A stretch of 47,863 nt of DNA from Candidatus Woesearchaeota archaeon (GTDB lineage Archaea > Nanobdellota > Nanobdellia > Woesearchaeales > WJKL01), in NCBI GenBank assembly GCA_019322535.1, contig JAHWIM010000006.1, positions 1 to 47,863 of the forward strand. Direction: 5' to 3'. Shown here piece by piece: positions 27,396 through 37,190 of this stretch. The notes under the pieces are model-generated. The model did not search any database and had not been told where the DNA came from. It was given only the letters and a program-made list of their open reading frames with translations. The position numbers and the translations under genes are program-made. Each line of letters begins with the position of its first letter. Within the stretch, counting starts at the first letter, position 1.

Positions 27396-27584
27396 ATGTC
27401 AATAAAAAACATATTGGGCTTAACTGAAACTGGCTTAACAGATTATGAAATAATGGCCAAGATAAGGGAAGCCCGAAGAAAGAATTTGAATGAAGTAGAT
27501 TTCATTAGTGTAGACGGCAGTGTTATTAAATTATTTATTCCTTTAATTCCAAACTTTGATATTTATATGGATATAGGGAGTTGA
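27396..27584 (+). CDS. Small conserved hypothetical protein (62 aa), paralog of 39100..39285
   Basis: MSIKNILGL..IMAKIREARRKN..VDFISVDGSVIKL aligns with MSIKKLLGL..IIAKIKEAKKKG..VEFLKKDGSKVQIKL at roughly 40 percent identity by eye. Start taken at the ATG at 27396 rather than the TTG at 27390. Confidence 0.5.
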   Translation: MSIKNILGLTETGLTDYEIMAKIREARRKNLNEVDFISVDGSVIKLFIPLIPNFDIYMDIGS

Positions 27585-27648
27585 TTTTCTAAATCTTATA
27601 GGTTATGGTGCTGTCTAGTTAGAGCTATCTCTGAAAAATTGCAAAGTA

Positions 27649-27676
27649 CTGAAATGCTTAAATTCTTAGGTTTCAG
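27649..27676 (+). terminator. Possible imperfect hairpin of the TGAAA...TTTCAGG type
   Basis: CTGAAA-tgCTTAAattcTTAGG-TTTCAG is followed by GG, downstream of the micro-ORF operon. The stem is imperfect. Confidence 0.3.
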
Positions 27677-27790
27677 GGCCTGTACTGCCATTTTAGAAAC
27701 GAAAGGTTTATAAACAACCTGTGTTTATTTTATATGTAAAAAGAGCTAAAAATTTCTTTAAATTTTAGCTTAGAATTGATTGAGATTTAG

Positions 27791-29710
<1,920 letters not shown>

Positions 29711-29720
29711 AGTCAAACAA

Positions 29721-29743
29721 CAAAATTATCGAAGATAATTTTG
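29721..29743 (+). terminator. Hairpin downstream of gyrB
   Basis: CAAAATTATC-gaa-GATAATTTTG, a 10-bp stem 10 nt after the stop, followed by AGG. Confidence 0.5.
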
Positions 29744-29771
29744 AGGTTAGATAACTTCGTATTTAGAAACC

Positions 29772-29779
29772 TTTATAAA
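29772..29779 (+). promoter_or_regulatory. TATA box for rps3ae
   Basis: TTTATAAA lies 26 nt upstream of the ATG at 29806. Confidence 0.5.
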
Positions 29780-29805
29780 TAAATATCGAATTCTTGAGAA
29801 TGAAT

Positions 29806-30681
29806 ATGGTTGTTGCTAAGAAAGCTGGAAAAAAAGTAAGAAAAAAGCAATGGTTTCAAATAGTTGCACCAAAGCTGTTCAATAATCAACCAATTGGAGA
29901 GGTTTTTCTTTATGATGCAGCTGATGCTGTTGGAAGATATGTTAATGTTAATTTAATGAATTTGACAAGGGATGTGAGAAGACAAAATATTAAGATAAAA
30001 TTTGTGATTAATAGAGTTTCTGATAACATAGCTCATACAGACATTGCGGGTTATGAAATGATTCCTGCCTCTATAAAAAGAATGGTAAGAAGAGGCAAAA
30101 GTAAAATAGAAATATCTTTAGTTGTAGAAACTGCTGATAGAAAAAAAGTTAGAATTAAACCAATATTAATAACCAGATTTCTTGTAAAATCTTCTGTTTC
30201 TATAGGTTTGAGAAAAAAAGCTGAGGAAATTATTGACAAAAATTTTAGAAAAACACCTTATGCTGCTCTGGTTCAAGAGATTGTAGCTCATAAATTCCAG
30301 AGTAATTTAAAGAGATCTTTGAGTAAGATCTATCCTTTAAGAGTATGTGAAATAAAAAATATGTCTATTGAAAAAGAAGCTAAAGCAAAAGGTCTTTCAG
30401 CAGAGATTATAAAGAAAGAAATTGAAGCAAAAGAAGTTAAAGAAAAAGCTGAGGAAAAAGAAAAAATCAAGAAAGAAGAAAAAACTGAAGAGAAAAAACC
30501 TAAGAAAGAAGTAAAAGCTGAGGAAGAAAAGAAAGAAGAGGCTAAAGAGAAGAAACCAGAAGAGACTCTGCCTGCATCTAAAAAAGTAGAAGAGAAAGGC
30601 GGTAAAGAAGAAAAAGAGAAACAAGAAAAAAAGGAAGAGCCTAAACCTGAAGAAAAGAAAGTTGAAGAGAAAGAAGAATAA
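29806..30681 (+). CDS. rps3ae: 30S ribosomal protein S3Ae with a roughly 95-aa K/E-rich C-terminal extension
   Basis: KKQWFQIVAPKLF..IGEV..AVGRYVNVNLMNLTRD is typical of S3Ae. The start is chosen by TATA spacing; the ATG at 29800 and the TTG at 29794 are alternatives. The tail is EKAEEKEKIKKEEKTEEKKPKKE.... Confidence 0.85.
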   Translation: MVVAKKAGKKVRKKQWFQIVAPKLFNNQPIGEVFLYDAADAVGRYVNVNLMNLTRDVRRQNIKIKFVINRVSDNIAHTDIAGYEMIPASIKRMVRRGKSKIEISLVVETADRKKVRIKPILITRFLVKSSVSIGLRKKAEEIIDKNFRKTPYAALVQEIVAHKFQSNLKRSLSKIYPLRVCEIKNMSIEKEAKAKGLSAEIIKKEIEAKEVKEKAEEKEKIKKEEKTEEKKPKKEVKAEEEKKEEAKEKKPEETLPASKKVEEKGGKEEKEKQEKKEEPKPEEKKVEEKEE

Positions 30682-30695
30682 TTCTTAAAAAACAA

Positions 30696-30791
30696 TGAAA
30701 ATCTCAAATTTTCAGGGACATGAAAACTTTAAGTTTTCAGGTTGCCGGAAATTAAAAATTTCCGAGCATGCCAAAAAACCGGAGGTTTTTT
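30696..30791 (+). repeat. Array of four tandem hairpins with about 25-nt period
   Basis: The four units are TGAAAAT-ctcaa-ATTTTCA (30696..30714), TGAAAAC-tttaa-GTTTTCA (30721..30739), CGGAAATT-aaa-AATTTCCG (30746..30764) and AAAAAACC-gga-GGTTTTTT (30773..30791). Spacers are 6, 6 and 8 nt. Confidence 0.7.
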
Positions 30792-30795
30792 GAGC

Positions 30796-30978
30796 ATGTC
30801 AAAACCAGTTATTGATGAAAAGAAATGCACTAAATGCAAAACTTGCATTGATATTTGCCCAATGGGTGTTTTTTCTAATGAAGAAGATAAAGTTATTGTT
30901 AAAAAACCAAAAGAATGTATTGGCTGCAAAGCATGCGAAGTTCAGTGCCCAGCAGAAGCAATAAAAGTTGAAGATTAA
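30796..30978 (+). CDS. 2x[4Fe-4S] ferredoxin
   Basis: 60 aa with CTKCKTCIDICP and CIGCKACEVQCP. Start taken at the ATG at 30796, because the longer ORF-track version would translate through the hairpin array. Confidence 0.8.
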   Translation: MSKPVIDEKKCTKCKTCIDICPMGVFSNEEDKVIVKKPKECIGCKACEVQCPAEAIKVED

Positions 30979-31012
30979 CAAAATATAAAAACATTAACTT
31001 ATTTCTAAATTT

Positions 31013-31606
31013 GTGCTGAAGAAGAAACATAAATTAGGAAGAACAATTGGCGAGGGTATTATATTTCTACTGCCTATATTGATATTAGTAGTTATATACA
31101 AATGGCTTTATGGTTTTCTTTTATCATTTATTGCTCCATTAAGTTTTTTATTCTTTATGAACACAGGATTTGGTTATATTGCGCTTACACTTTTGATATT
31201 CTTAGCAATATGCTATGTTATTGGAATTGTTATTAAAACAAAACACGGCAGAAAATTGCTGGGTTATGCTAATAGGATATTTACTATGCTTCCTGGTTAT
31301 GCTTTTTTGCTTGGGCTTGTAATTAGAATATTCAGAAGCAATGCTTCTAGATTTTCATCAGTTGTTTTAGTGGATTTGTTTGGCAAAGGCACATTAGTTA
31401 CTGGATTTATTACTGATGACTGTGGAAAAGGAAGAAAAACAGTATTTGTTCCAACAGGACCAAATCCTACTTCTGGAATGATTTATCATGTTAAGGATGA
31501 AAGAATACACCATGTTAATGTATCAGTAGAAGATACTATGAGAACTATAATCAGCTGCGGTCATGGAAGTAAAAAATTAGTTCAACAATTGAGGAAGAAG
31601 TTTTAA
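31013..31606 (+). CDS. DUF502-family membrane protein
   Basis: 197 aa with two or three N-terminal TM helices and the family hallmark VFVPTGPNPTSGMIYHV. GTG start. Confidence 0.6.
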   Translation: MLKKKHKLGRTIGEGIIFLLPILILVVIYKWLYGFLLSFIAPLSFLFFMNTGFGYIALTLLIFLAICYVIGIVIKTKHGRKLLGYANRIFTMLPGYAFLLGLVIRIFRSNASRFSSVVLVDLFGKGTLVTGFITDDCGKGRKTVFVPTGPNPTSGMIYHVKDERIHHVNVSVEDTMRTIISCGHGSKKLVQQLRKKF

Positions 31607-31914
31607 ATTCTCATCAAATATTCTCTGACAGAAGGATTTGCTTTTTTGCAAGGGATTTCATGTTTGTATCCAGGATATTTTCTGCAGACTTTAGGCCTAT
31701 GCTCATAGATTTTACAGTTTGTTTTATTGCCATGCCTTTCTAGAAATATGCAATCTCCATCTGATTTTCTTTTCAAGCAATTATGCTTTGTATGGTCTTT
31801 TTGAATAACTTCAAGAAGATTATAGCCTTGTTTCTTCAATCTTAGCATATCAATCAAAGAAACTCTTGCAATAATTGTGCAGCAATAGCCGCATCTTTGG
31901 CATTTAAAGGACAT
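31603..31914 (-). CDS. YkgJ-family (CxxCxxCC) cysteine-cluster protein
   Basis: 103 aa with FKCQRCGYCCT at the N-terminus and a later C..C..RP..CR.YP pattern. Confidence 0.6.
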   Translation of the reverse strand: MSFKCQRCGYCCTIIARVSLIDMLRLKKQGYNLLEVIQKDHTKHNCLKRKSDGDCIFLERHGNKTNCKIYEHRPKVCRKYPGYKHEIPCKKANPSVREYLMRI

Positions 31915-31915
31915 T

Positions 31916-32740
31916 TTAGAATGTAACAGCTTTTATTAACAATTTTAATAGATCTCTTTTTGCAACAATACCAACTGGTTTTTTATCTTCTACAAGAACT
32001 ATGCTTGAGATATTAAATTCTTTCATTAAATCAATAATTCTTGAAACAGTGCTATCAGGAGTAGCATTAACCCTTCTTATTGAAGCAATTGCTTTTATTG
32101 GAAAAGCATTAAAATCAATCCTTTGGCCAAACCCTTTAGATTTTACTTTTCTTCTTCCAATACCAGTTTCTGCCCTTCCCTGCTGGTGCAAAAGATAGTT
32201 AAACATAAAATCAGCAACACTTACAATGTTTACAAGCTCTCTTTTTTCATCTACAACTGGTATTCTGTTAACTTTTGCTTCTTTCATTATTTCAATTGCT
32301 TTTCCTAACCTATCTGTTTCTTTTACTGTAATTAGCTTTTTAGTTCCCATTACTTGGCTTGCTTTTATTCTTGAAAGTTTTTTGTTTTCTTTTATTAAAT
32401 CAAGCAAATCAATTAATTTAACTACTCCCTCAACCATTCCTTTTTCAACAATTGGGAGTATATGAGTATCTGCAGTATACATTAATTTTGCAATTTTAGG
32501 AACATCTTCATCTCCTTTTAGAACAGGGACTTTTTCTATGATTTTCTTGACCTTCATTTTAGAAGGGTCAAGTTTTGTTTTAATCAGCAGACGTTTGTTT
32601 ATTACACCAATATATTTTTTTTTATCTAAGATAACTGCTGATTTTTCGTTTTTCCTTTTTAATGCTCCAATAAGCTTAGAAATAGTATCATTTTGGTCCA
32701 CTTCAACATAATCTTTAGATATCAGCTCTTTTGCAATCAT
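31916..32740 (-). CDS. CBS-domain protein (four CBS motifs)
   Basis: 274 aa with repeated ..P(I/V)V(D/E)..G.(L/V)VGI(V/I)..RDL(L/I).. modules. Confidence 0.8.
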   Translation of the reverse strand: MIAKELISKDYVEVDQNDTISKLIGALKRKNEKSAVILDKKKYIGVINKRLLIKTKLDPSKMKVKKIIEKVPVLKGDEDVPKIAKLMYTADTHILPIVEKGMVEGVVKLIDLLDLIKENKKLSRIKASQVMGTKKLITVKETDRLGKAIEIMKEAKVNRIPVVDEKRELVNIVSVADFMFNYLLHQQGRAETGIGRRKVKSKGFGQRIDFNAFPIKAIASIRRVNATPDSTVSRIIDLMKEFNISSIVLVEDKKPVGIVAKRDLLKLLIKAVTF

Positions 32741-32742
32741 GG

Positions 32743-32770
32743 TTTAAATTAGATATATCTAGTATTTAAA
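32743..32770. promoter_or_regulatory. Near-perfect 28-nt palindrome overlapping the CBS gene promoter
   Basis: TTTAAAT-TAGATATATCTA-gt-ATTTAAA. The right arm lies 23 nt upstream of the ATG at 32740, so it doubles as that gene's TATA box. Confidence 0.4.
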
Positions 32771-32817
32771 TTTAACTTTTCTAAAATTTTTTATACTAAG
32801 AAAAAATTAAACACCTT

Positions 32818-33420
32818 ATGAAATGCAACCACTGTGGTTTGTGCTGTCGTGATCCTCTTACACAAATAAATGTAACTGTTGGAGATATTTGGAGGATTGT
32901 TGATTTTCTTAAGGTTGATATTGATTCATTGTTTGATAAGATTGGATTGAATCCTTTCAGAGAACCTGAAGATGAAGATGTTTATGAAATTGATTTGGGT
33001 TTAAATCTGCCATGTAAATTTAGAGTTGATGAAAGGTGCAGCATTTATCCTGTTCGGCCTTTGAACTGCAGACTGTTTCCTCAATGGGTTTTGACTAAAG
33101 CTACTAATCCAAAAGAAGTATTAACAGACCATAAATGTGATTATGATTCAAGCAAAAGAGAAGATTATAAGAAATATGTAGATGAAATCGGCAAAATGTT
33201 AATTCAAGAATCTCAGTTTTATGAATTATTTAAAAAAATAAATGTAAAAGGTTTGATTAAAGACAAAGGAAAAGATTTACGTGAGAAAGAATACAACAGA
33301 GTTCAGAAATTAAGAGAAATTTTTAAAGAACAGCTGGAGATTGATGAGATAAAGAAAAGAATTAAAGATAATTTAGAAAGAATAAAAGAGAATAAAAAGA
33401 AATTAGATGAATTAGGATGA
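32818..33420 (+). CDS. YkgJ-family (CxxCxxCC) cysteine-cluster protein with a K/E-rich tail
   Basis: 200 aa with MKCNHCGLCCRDP and CSIYPVRPLNCRLFP. Paralog of 31603..31914. Confidence 0.6.
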   Translation: MKCNHCGLCCRDPLTQINVTVGDIWRIVDFLKVDIDSLFDKIGLNPFREPEDEDVYEIDLGLNLPCKFRVDERCSIYPVRPLNCRLFPQWVLTKATNPKEVLTDHKCDYDSSKREDYKKYVDEIGKMLIQESQFYELFKKINVKGLIKDKGKDLREKEYNRVQKLREIFKEQLEIDEIKKRIKDNLERIKENKKKLDELG

Positions 33421-33797
33421 AGAAAATAATGGTATTCGGAACATTTGATGTTTTACATAAAGGTCATTTGAATTTTTTTTCTCAAGCCAAGAAACATGGT
33501 GATTATTTGATTGCAGTTGTTGCAAGAGATAAAACTGTCAAAGAAGTTAAAGGAATATTTCCTAGACATAATGAGAAAAAAAGATTGGTTGAAGTAAAAA
33601 AACATGTGGATAAAGCAGTTTTAGGTTATATAAGAGATAAATACAAAGTTATTTCTAAGTTTAAACCAGATATTATATGCTTAGGTTATGATCAAAGAAG
33701 TTTTATTAATGGTTTAAAGAGATTTAAGATTCCAATTAAGAGATTAAAAGCATATATGACACATAAGTATAAAAGCAGTAAGATTAAGAAACAATAA
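33417..33797 (+). CDS. Cytidylyltransferase-family nucleotidyltransferase (RibL/TagD-like)
   Basis: 126 aa with FGTFDVLHKGHLNFF (HxGH motif). ATGA overlap with the upstream gene. Confidence 0.65.
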   Translation: MKKIMVFGTFDVLHKGHLNFFSQAKKHGDYLIAVVARDKTVKEVKGIFPRHNEKKRLVEVKKHVDKAVLGYIRDKYKVISKFKPDIICLGYDQRSFINGLKRFKIPIKRLKAYMTHKYKSSKIKKQ

Positions 33798-34365
33798 TTT
33801 TTGCTTTCATATCTTGATGGATATGGCAGTGATATTTGTATTCTCCTGGTTCATTAAAAGTAAAGCTGTGTTCCATACCTTGTTCTAATCTTTGACTGTC
33901 AAACAGATCACCCATTGCATAATCTCCAACTGGATCATTCATAACTTGATGAGGTTCATCTTCAAGGTTTTTCCAAATTACTCTTGTTCCTGCCTTAATA
34001 TGAAGTTCTTCTGGAGTAAATCTAAGCTGGTCCATTTTGATTGTTATCATACCAGGAACACATTCTCTGTTAAAAAACATCCATTCTTCACATTCTGTTC
34101 TATCTGGAAATTTACATAAAGAATATGCACCATATTTCCCTGTTCTTCCTTCTGTTGTAAAGTTATTCTCTAAGCAATATTCAGAAGCTGGATTTCCCAT
34201 TGGTCTTGTTCTGCAGATTCCTTCTACGCAAAGATATTTAACTCCAATTAATGGCTCTTCTGGTATACAATCTTCATCTGTAATGCAGACTTTTTCTTGT
34301 TCTTCGCAGCCTGCTATGAATAGAACTAATGATAATAATGCTATAACAAATATTATTCCTTTCAT
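33784..34365 (-). CDS. Lipoprotein: DUF333-like module fused to an amicyanin-like type-1 copper (cupredoxin) domain
   Basis: Start taken at MKGIIFVIALLSLVLFIAGC (lipobox), with a TATA 22 nt upstream. It has NPASEYCLENN..C.FPDRTECEEW (DUF333-like). The C-terminal cupredoxin carries ligands PHQV and YHCHIHQDM (C-x2-H-x2-M). Confidence 0.55.
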   Translation of the reverse strand: MKGIIFVIALLSLVLFIAGCEEQEKVCITDEDCIPEEPLIGVKYLCVEGICRTRPMGNPASEYCLENNFTTEGRTGKYGAYSLCKFPDRTECEEWMFFNRECVPGMITIKMDQLRFTPEELHIKAGTRVIWKNLEDEPHQVMNDPVGDYAMGDLFDSQRLEQGMEHSFTFNEPGEYKYHCHIHQDMKAKIIVS

Positions 34366-34447
34366 AAAGCTATAAATCAAAGAAATAGTATAAATATTTA
34401 TTGATTTATTACTAATCTTCACTTTCTAGTAGTAACAAATAGAAACA

Positions 34448-34455
34448 TTTATAAA
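34448..34455 (+). promoter_or_regulatory. TATA box for the 34481 operon; leaderless geometry
   Basis: TTTATAAA lies 25 nt upstream of the ATG at 34481. Confidence 0.5.
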
Positions 34456-34480
34456 TGAGTAATATTTTCTATTATTTAAT

Positions 34481-34984
34481 ATGAGCAAAGATAGTCTACA
34501 ATTAGTAAAAGAACTTGAAGTTGATTATGCTAAACCCTTTTTTGCAACTGTTTCTACAATAATGGGTTATGGTATTTTTGTTTTTGATCAAGTTGCTCAA
34601 GTTATTGATAAGATAAAAAATTATGTTCCTGATCCTGATGGTCCAATGCAATTATCTCCAGGAGAGTTTACATCATTAGCTGCAGGGCTTTCTTTGGCAG
34701 GAATTGTTGGAGGAGCAACATATCTTTGCAGCAAAAATTCTAGATTTAAAAGACAAGCTAAAACATGGTATGAAGATTTGAAAAGCTTAGAAGATAATCA
34801 ATTTGATATTCCTCATAGTGAATTTGAAGGAAAAATGGTCGATCTTAGACAAAGAGTTGAAAAAATGAAAGAAAAATACAGCGGTAATTCTGATAGAGAA
34901 TCTCTTATGATTTTAATGGAAACTGATAGAAAAATACTTTATCAAAAAGTTTGGATAGAGCCAAGCAAAAGAGTTCCACGATGA
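34481..34984 (+). CDS. Hypothetical membrane protein (2 TM)
   Basis: 167 aa with hydrophobic segments FFATVSTIMGYGIFVF and LAAGLSLAGIVGGATYL and a helical charged C-terminus. Confidence 0.45.
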   Translation: MSKDSLQLVKELEVDYAKPFFATVSTIMGYGIFVFDQVAQVIDKIKNYVPDPDGPMQLSPGEFTSLAAGLSLAGIVGGATYLCSKNSRFKRQAKTWYEDLKSLEDNQFDIPHSEFEGKMVDLRQRVEKMKEKYSGNSDRESLMILMETDRKILYQKVWIEPSKRVPR

Positions 34985-35121
34985 AGCACAGGATAAGCAT
35001 TACTTTGGATGAAGAAACTGTCTTGAAATTAAAAAAAGCTGTTAGAATTAATTCTGATTTTAGAAATCAATCTCATTTTGTTGAAATAGCTATAAAGGAG
35101 AAACTGGAAAATGATGGCTAA
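34981..35121 (+). CDS. Ribbon-helix-helix (CopG/Arc-like) DNA-binding protein
   Basis: Read by hand, 46 aa: MKHRISITLDEETVLKLKKAVRINSDFRNQSHFVEIAIKEKLENDG. It shows a beta-strand then helix-turn-helix RHH pattern. ATGA overlap upstream and an 11-nt overlap with the next gene. Confidence 0.55.
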   Translation: MKHRISITLDEETVLKLKKAVRINSDFRNQSHFVEIAIKEKLENDG

Positions 35122-36541
35122 TCGTTATGCAGAACAAACCCAAGAACAAAGAGCTGAAGAAATTAGAAATAAGATTAGTGTAATTAATGGATATGGTAAT
35201 CTTCTTGAAAATGCTCTTTCTGCTGTTTTTACAGAACAAGGCAGAGCTAATTTTGATAGAGCTACAAGAGATGCAGGTGATGTTCTAGAATATGATGAAT
35301 GTAAAAATGGATTTGATGTTCTTTTAGCAAGTGTTTCATCTTATTTGATACAAGATGCAGTAGGTATTGACAGAAAATTAAAACAAGGACAAAAACCTAT
35401 TCCAGAACTTGAAAGACTTGTTTTTGCAGGTGTTTTAGGTAAAGAAGGTATAAGAAAAGCAGTTGAAAAATATTATTATCATGTTGAATCTGAAAGTCAT
35501 CTTTCATTACCTCATACATATGATAGTTTAGAACATGATATAGAAAATGCAAAAAAAGAATTTGAAGAAAGGTATAAAATTCTTTTAGAACAAAAACATG
35601 ATAGTAGTAATCTTATCAGATATCTTGCACAAAGAGAAGCTGAAAAATTATATGAATCTAAATGTGGAGATAAACAAGAAAGTGAAGAAGAAAGAAAAGA
35701 GAAAATAAAAAAGCTTTATGATCGTGTTATAGAAGGAGTAAGGTCAATAAAAGATAAAACTTCTGATGAAGATTTAATAAGAAGATATAAAGGTATGAGT
35801 GAGGCAGAAATAGATTCAATTTTATCAGGAAGAGATTTAGTACAACTGCCAAAAGATATTCTAGAAAAATTAATTAGAAAAAACATGAGCCAAGGAGAGA
35901 GATTTGCACTTGATTATTGTCTTCTAAAAAGAAAACATAAAAATCAAAATGGTAGATTTAATGAAAAGCTTGGCAGTGTTTTAAATGTATGGGTTAATGA
36001 AGGTTTTGGAGCAGAATGTAAAAATTATGTTGCAGGTGTTCTTAGACATCTTGAAATTGCAAAAAGAAAGTATATAGGAAGACTTGAAGAAGTATTAAAC
36101 CCAAAGCCAGAAGAAAAAAGTATATCACCTTCAGCAAAAGCTTTAGCAATGGTTGGTATAGGTTCAGTTCTTGCTTTAGCTATAATTGCATATTCACAAT
36201 TTCCTTCATGGGTAAAAGGAAATCCAGTTGTTGGTGGGCGAAGAAATTTATCACCAAATACTTTTGAAGTTGTGAACTTTTATGATGTTGATAAAGACGG
36301 AGATCTTGATATGGTAGATGTACGCCAATTTAGAATAAAAGGAGAAGAAGCTGAAAGAAAAGGTTTCAAAACATGGCTAACTCCAGAATTTGCAGAAGAA
36401 CGTTATATTTTTTCTTGGTTTTATGGAGAAGTCATGACTCCAGAAGAATTAGAAGAAGCTAAAAAAAATTTTAAACGTCTGTCAGCAGAAAAAAAAGCTG
36501 AAGAAGCTAAAAGAAAAGCAAATTCTAAGAAAGCTAAATAA
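35111..36541 (+). CDS. Hypothetical protein with one TM helix and an EF-hand/dockerin-like Ca-binding loop
   Basis: 476 aa. About 340 aa are soluble and helical, followed by the TM helix ALAMVGIGSVLALAIIAY, then DVDKDGDLDMVD (DxDxDG loop) and a K/E-rich tail. Confidence 0.5.
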   Translation: MMANRYAEQTQEQRAEEIRNKISVINGYGNLLENALSAVFTEQGRANFDRATRDAGDVLEYDECKNGFDVLLASVSSYLIQDAVGIDRKLKQGQKPIPELERLVFAGVLGKEGIRKAVEKYYYHVESESHLSLPHTYDSLEHDIENAKKEFEERYKILLEQKHDSSNLIRYLAQREAEKLYESKCGDKQESEEERKEKIKKLYDRVIEGVRSIKDKTSDEDLIRRYKGMSEAEIDSILSGRDLVQLPKDILEKLIRKNMSQGERFALDYCLLKRKHKNQNGRFNEKLGSVLNVWVNEGFGAECKNYVAGVLRHLEIAKRKYIGRLEEVLNPKPEEKSISPSAKALAMVGIGSVLALAIIAYSQFPSWVKGNPVVGGRRNLSPNTFEVVNFYDVDKDGDLDMVDVRQFRIKGEEAERKGFKTWLTPEFAEERYIFSWFYGEVMTPEELEEAKKNFKRLSAEKKAEEAKRKANSKKAK

Positions 36542-36614
36542 TTTCTATAATTTTATCAGCAATTATTTTTAGATTAACTTTCATATTTTAATAGAATGTG
36601 GCAGATGTCCAGTG

Positions 36615-37112
36615 CTAAAATACTAGAAACAATATAACTAAAATCAGAATTGCCCAATAAGTTAAAAATATGCCCCAATCTTGCCTCCAAGATCTTCCTT
36701 CAATCTGGAACTTAGAAAAAGGATAAAATAATTCTAGTGTAAATTGCTTATCATGAGTAGAAATATCTATTATTATATGTAATAAATATGCCAAAGATGC
36801 TATAATAAAAAGATTTCTAAAAAATATAAAGATTATGCTACTAAATATCAACCAGCTAGTGAAACTATGCATGAATTTGTATAAAAACCTATCAGTTTTT
36901 CCAAAAAAAGACATTTGCCTTGTATATTTCATATAATTTGTAAAAAAATTTTTAAAGGATTTTTTTAAAGAGTGAGTTATTTTTAACACTTCATTACAGC
37001 TTGTTCCTATTAAGTCAGGCAATATAGATGCTATTATTATGACTAATGAATAATTTTGGAATATTTGTTTAGATATTATCATTCCTAAAATCATATGAAA
37101 TAAAACGTCCAT
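36615..37112 (-). CDS. Membrane-bound metal-dependent hydrolase-like protein (YdjM/DUF457-like)
   Basis: 165 aa with an N-terminal DVLFHMILG, LPDLIG and LHIIIDISTHD, and multiple TM helices. Confidence 0.5.
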   Translation of the reverse strand: MDVLFHMILGMIISKQIFQNYSLVIIIASILPDLIGTSCNEVLKITHSLKKSFKNFFTNYMKYTRQMSFFGKTDRFLYKFMHSFTSWLIFSSIIFIFFRNLFIIASLAYLLHIIIDISTHDKQFTLELFYPFSKFQIEGRSWRQDWGIFLTYWAILILVILFLVF

Positions 37113-37190
37113 AAAACAAGAAAGTGTTTGTTAGATTTAATAAATCTTTTCATACAAAAGTTATTTAAACACCTCAAAACGCAGAATATT

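Noticed and set aside
30330-30707. Long minus-strand ORFs (30330..30707, 30397..30624) rich in F, S and L
   Set aside because: They are the antisense reading of the GAA/AAA-rich K/E tail of rps3ae. This is a low-complexity artefact with no start context.
30696-30791. The tandem hairpin array considered as a mini-CRISPR
   Set aside because: The units are only about 25 nt, and there is no invariant repeat alternating with unique spacers of CRISPR size. There are only four units, and no cas genes are present in the window.
30742-30795. An N-terminal extension of the ferredoxin ORF from a TTG start
   Set aside because: It would translate through the hairpin array. The ATG at 30796 gives a normal 60-aa 2x[4Fe-4S] ferredoxin, and GGAGG lies 10 nt upstream.
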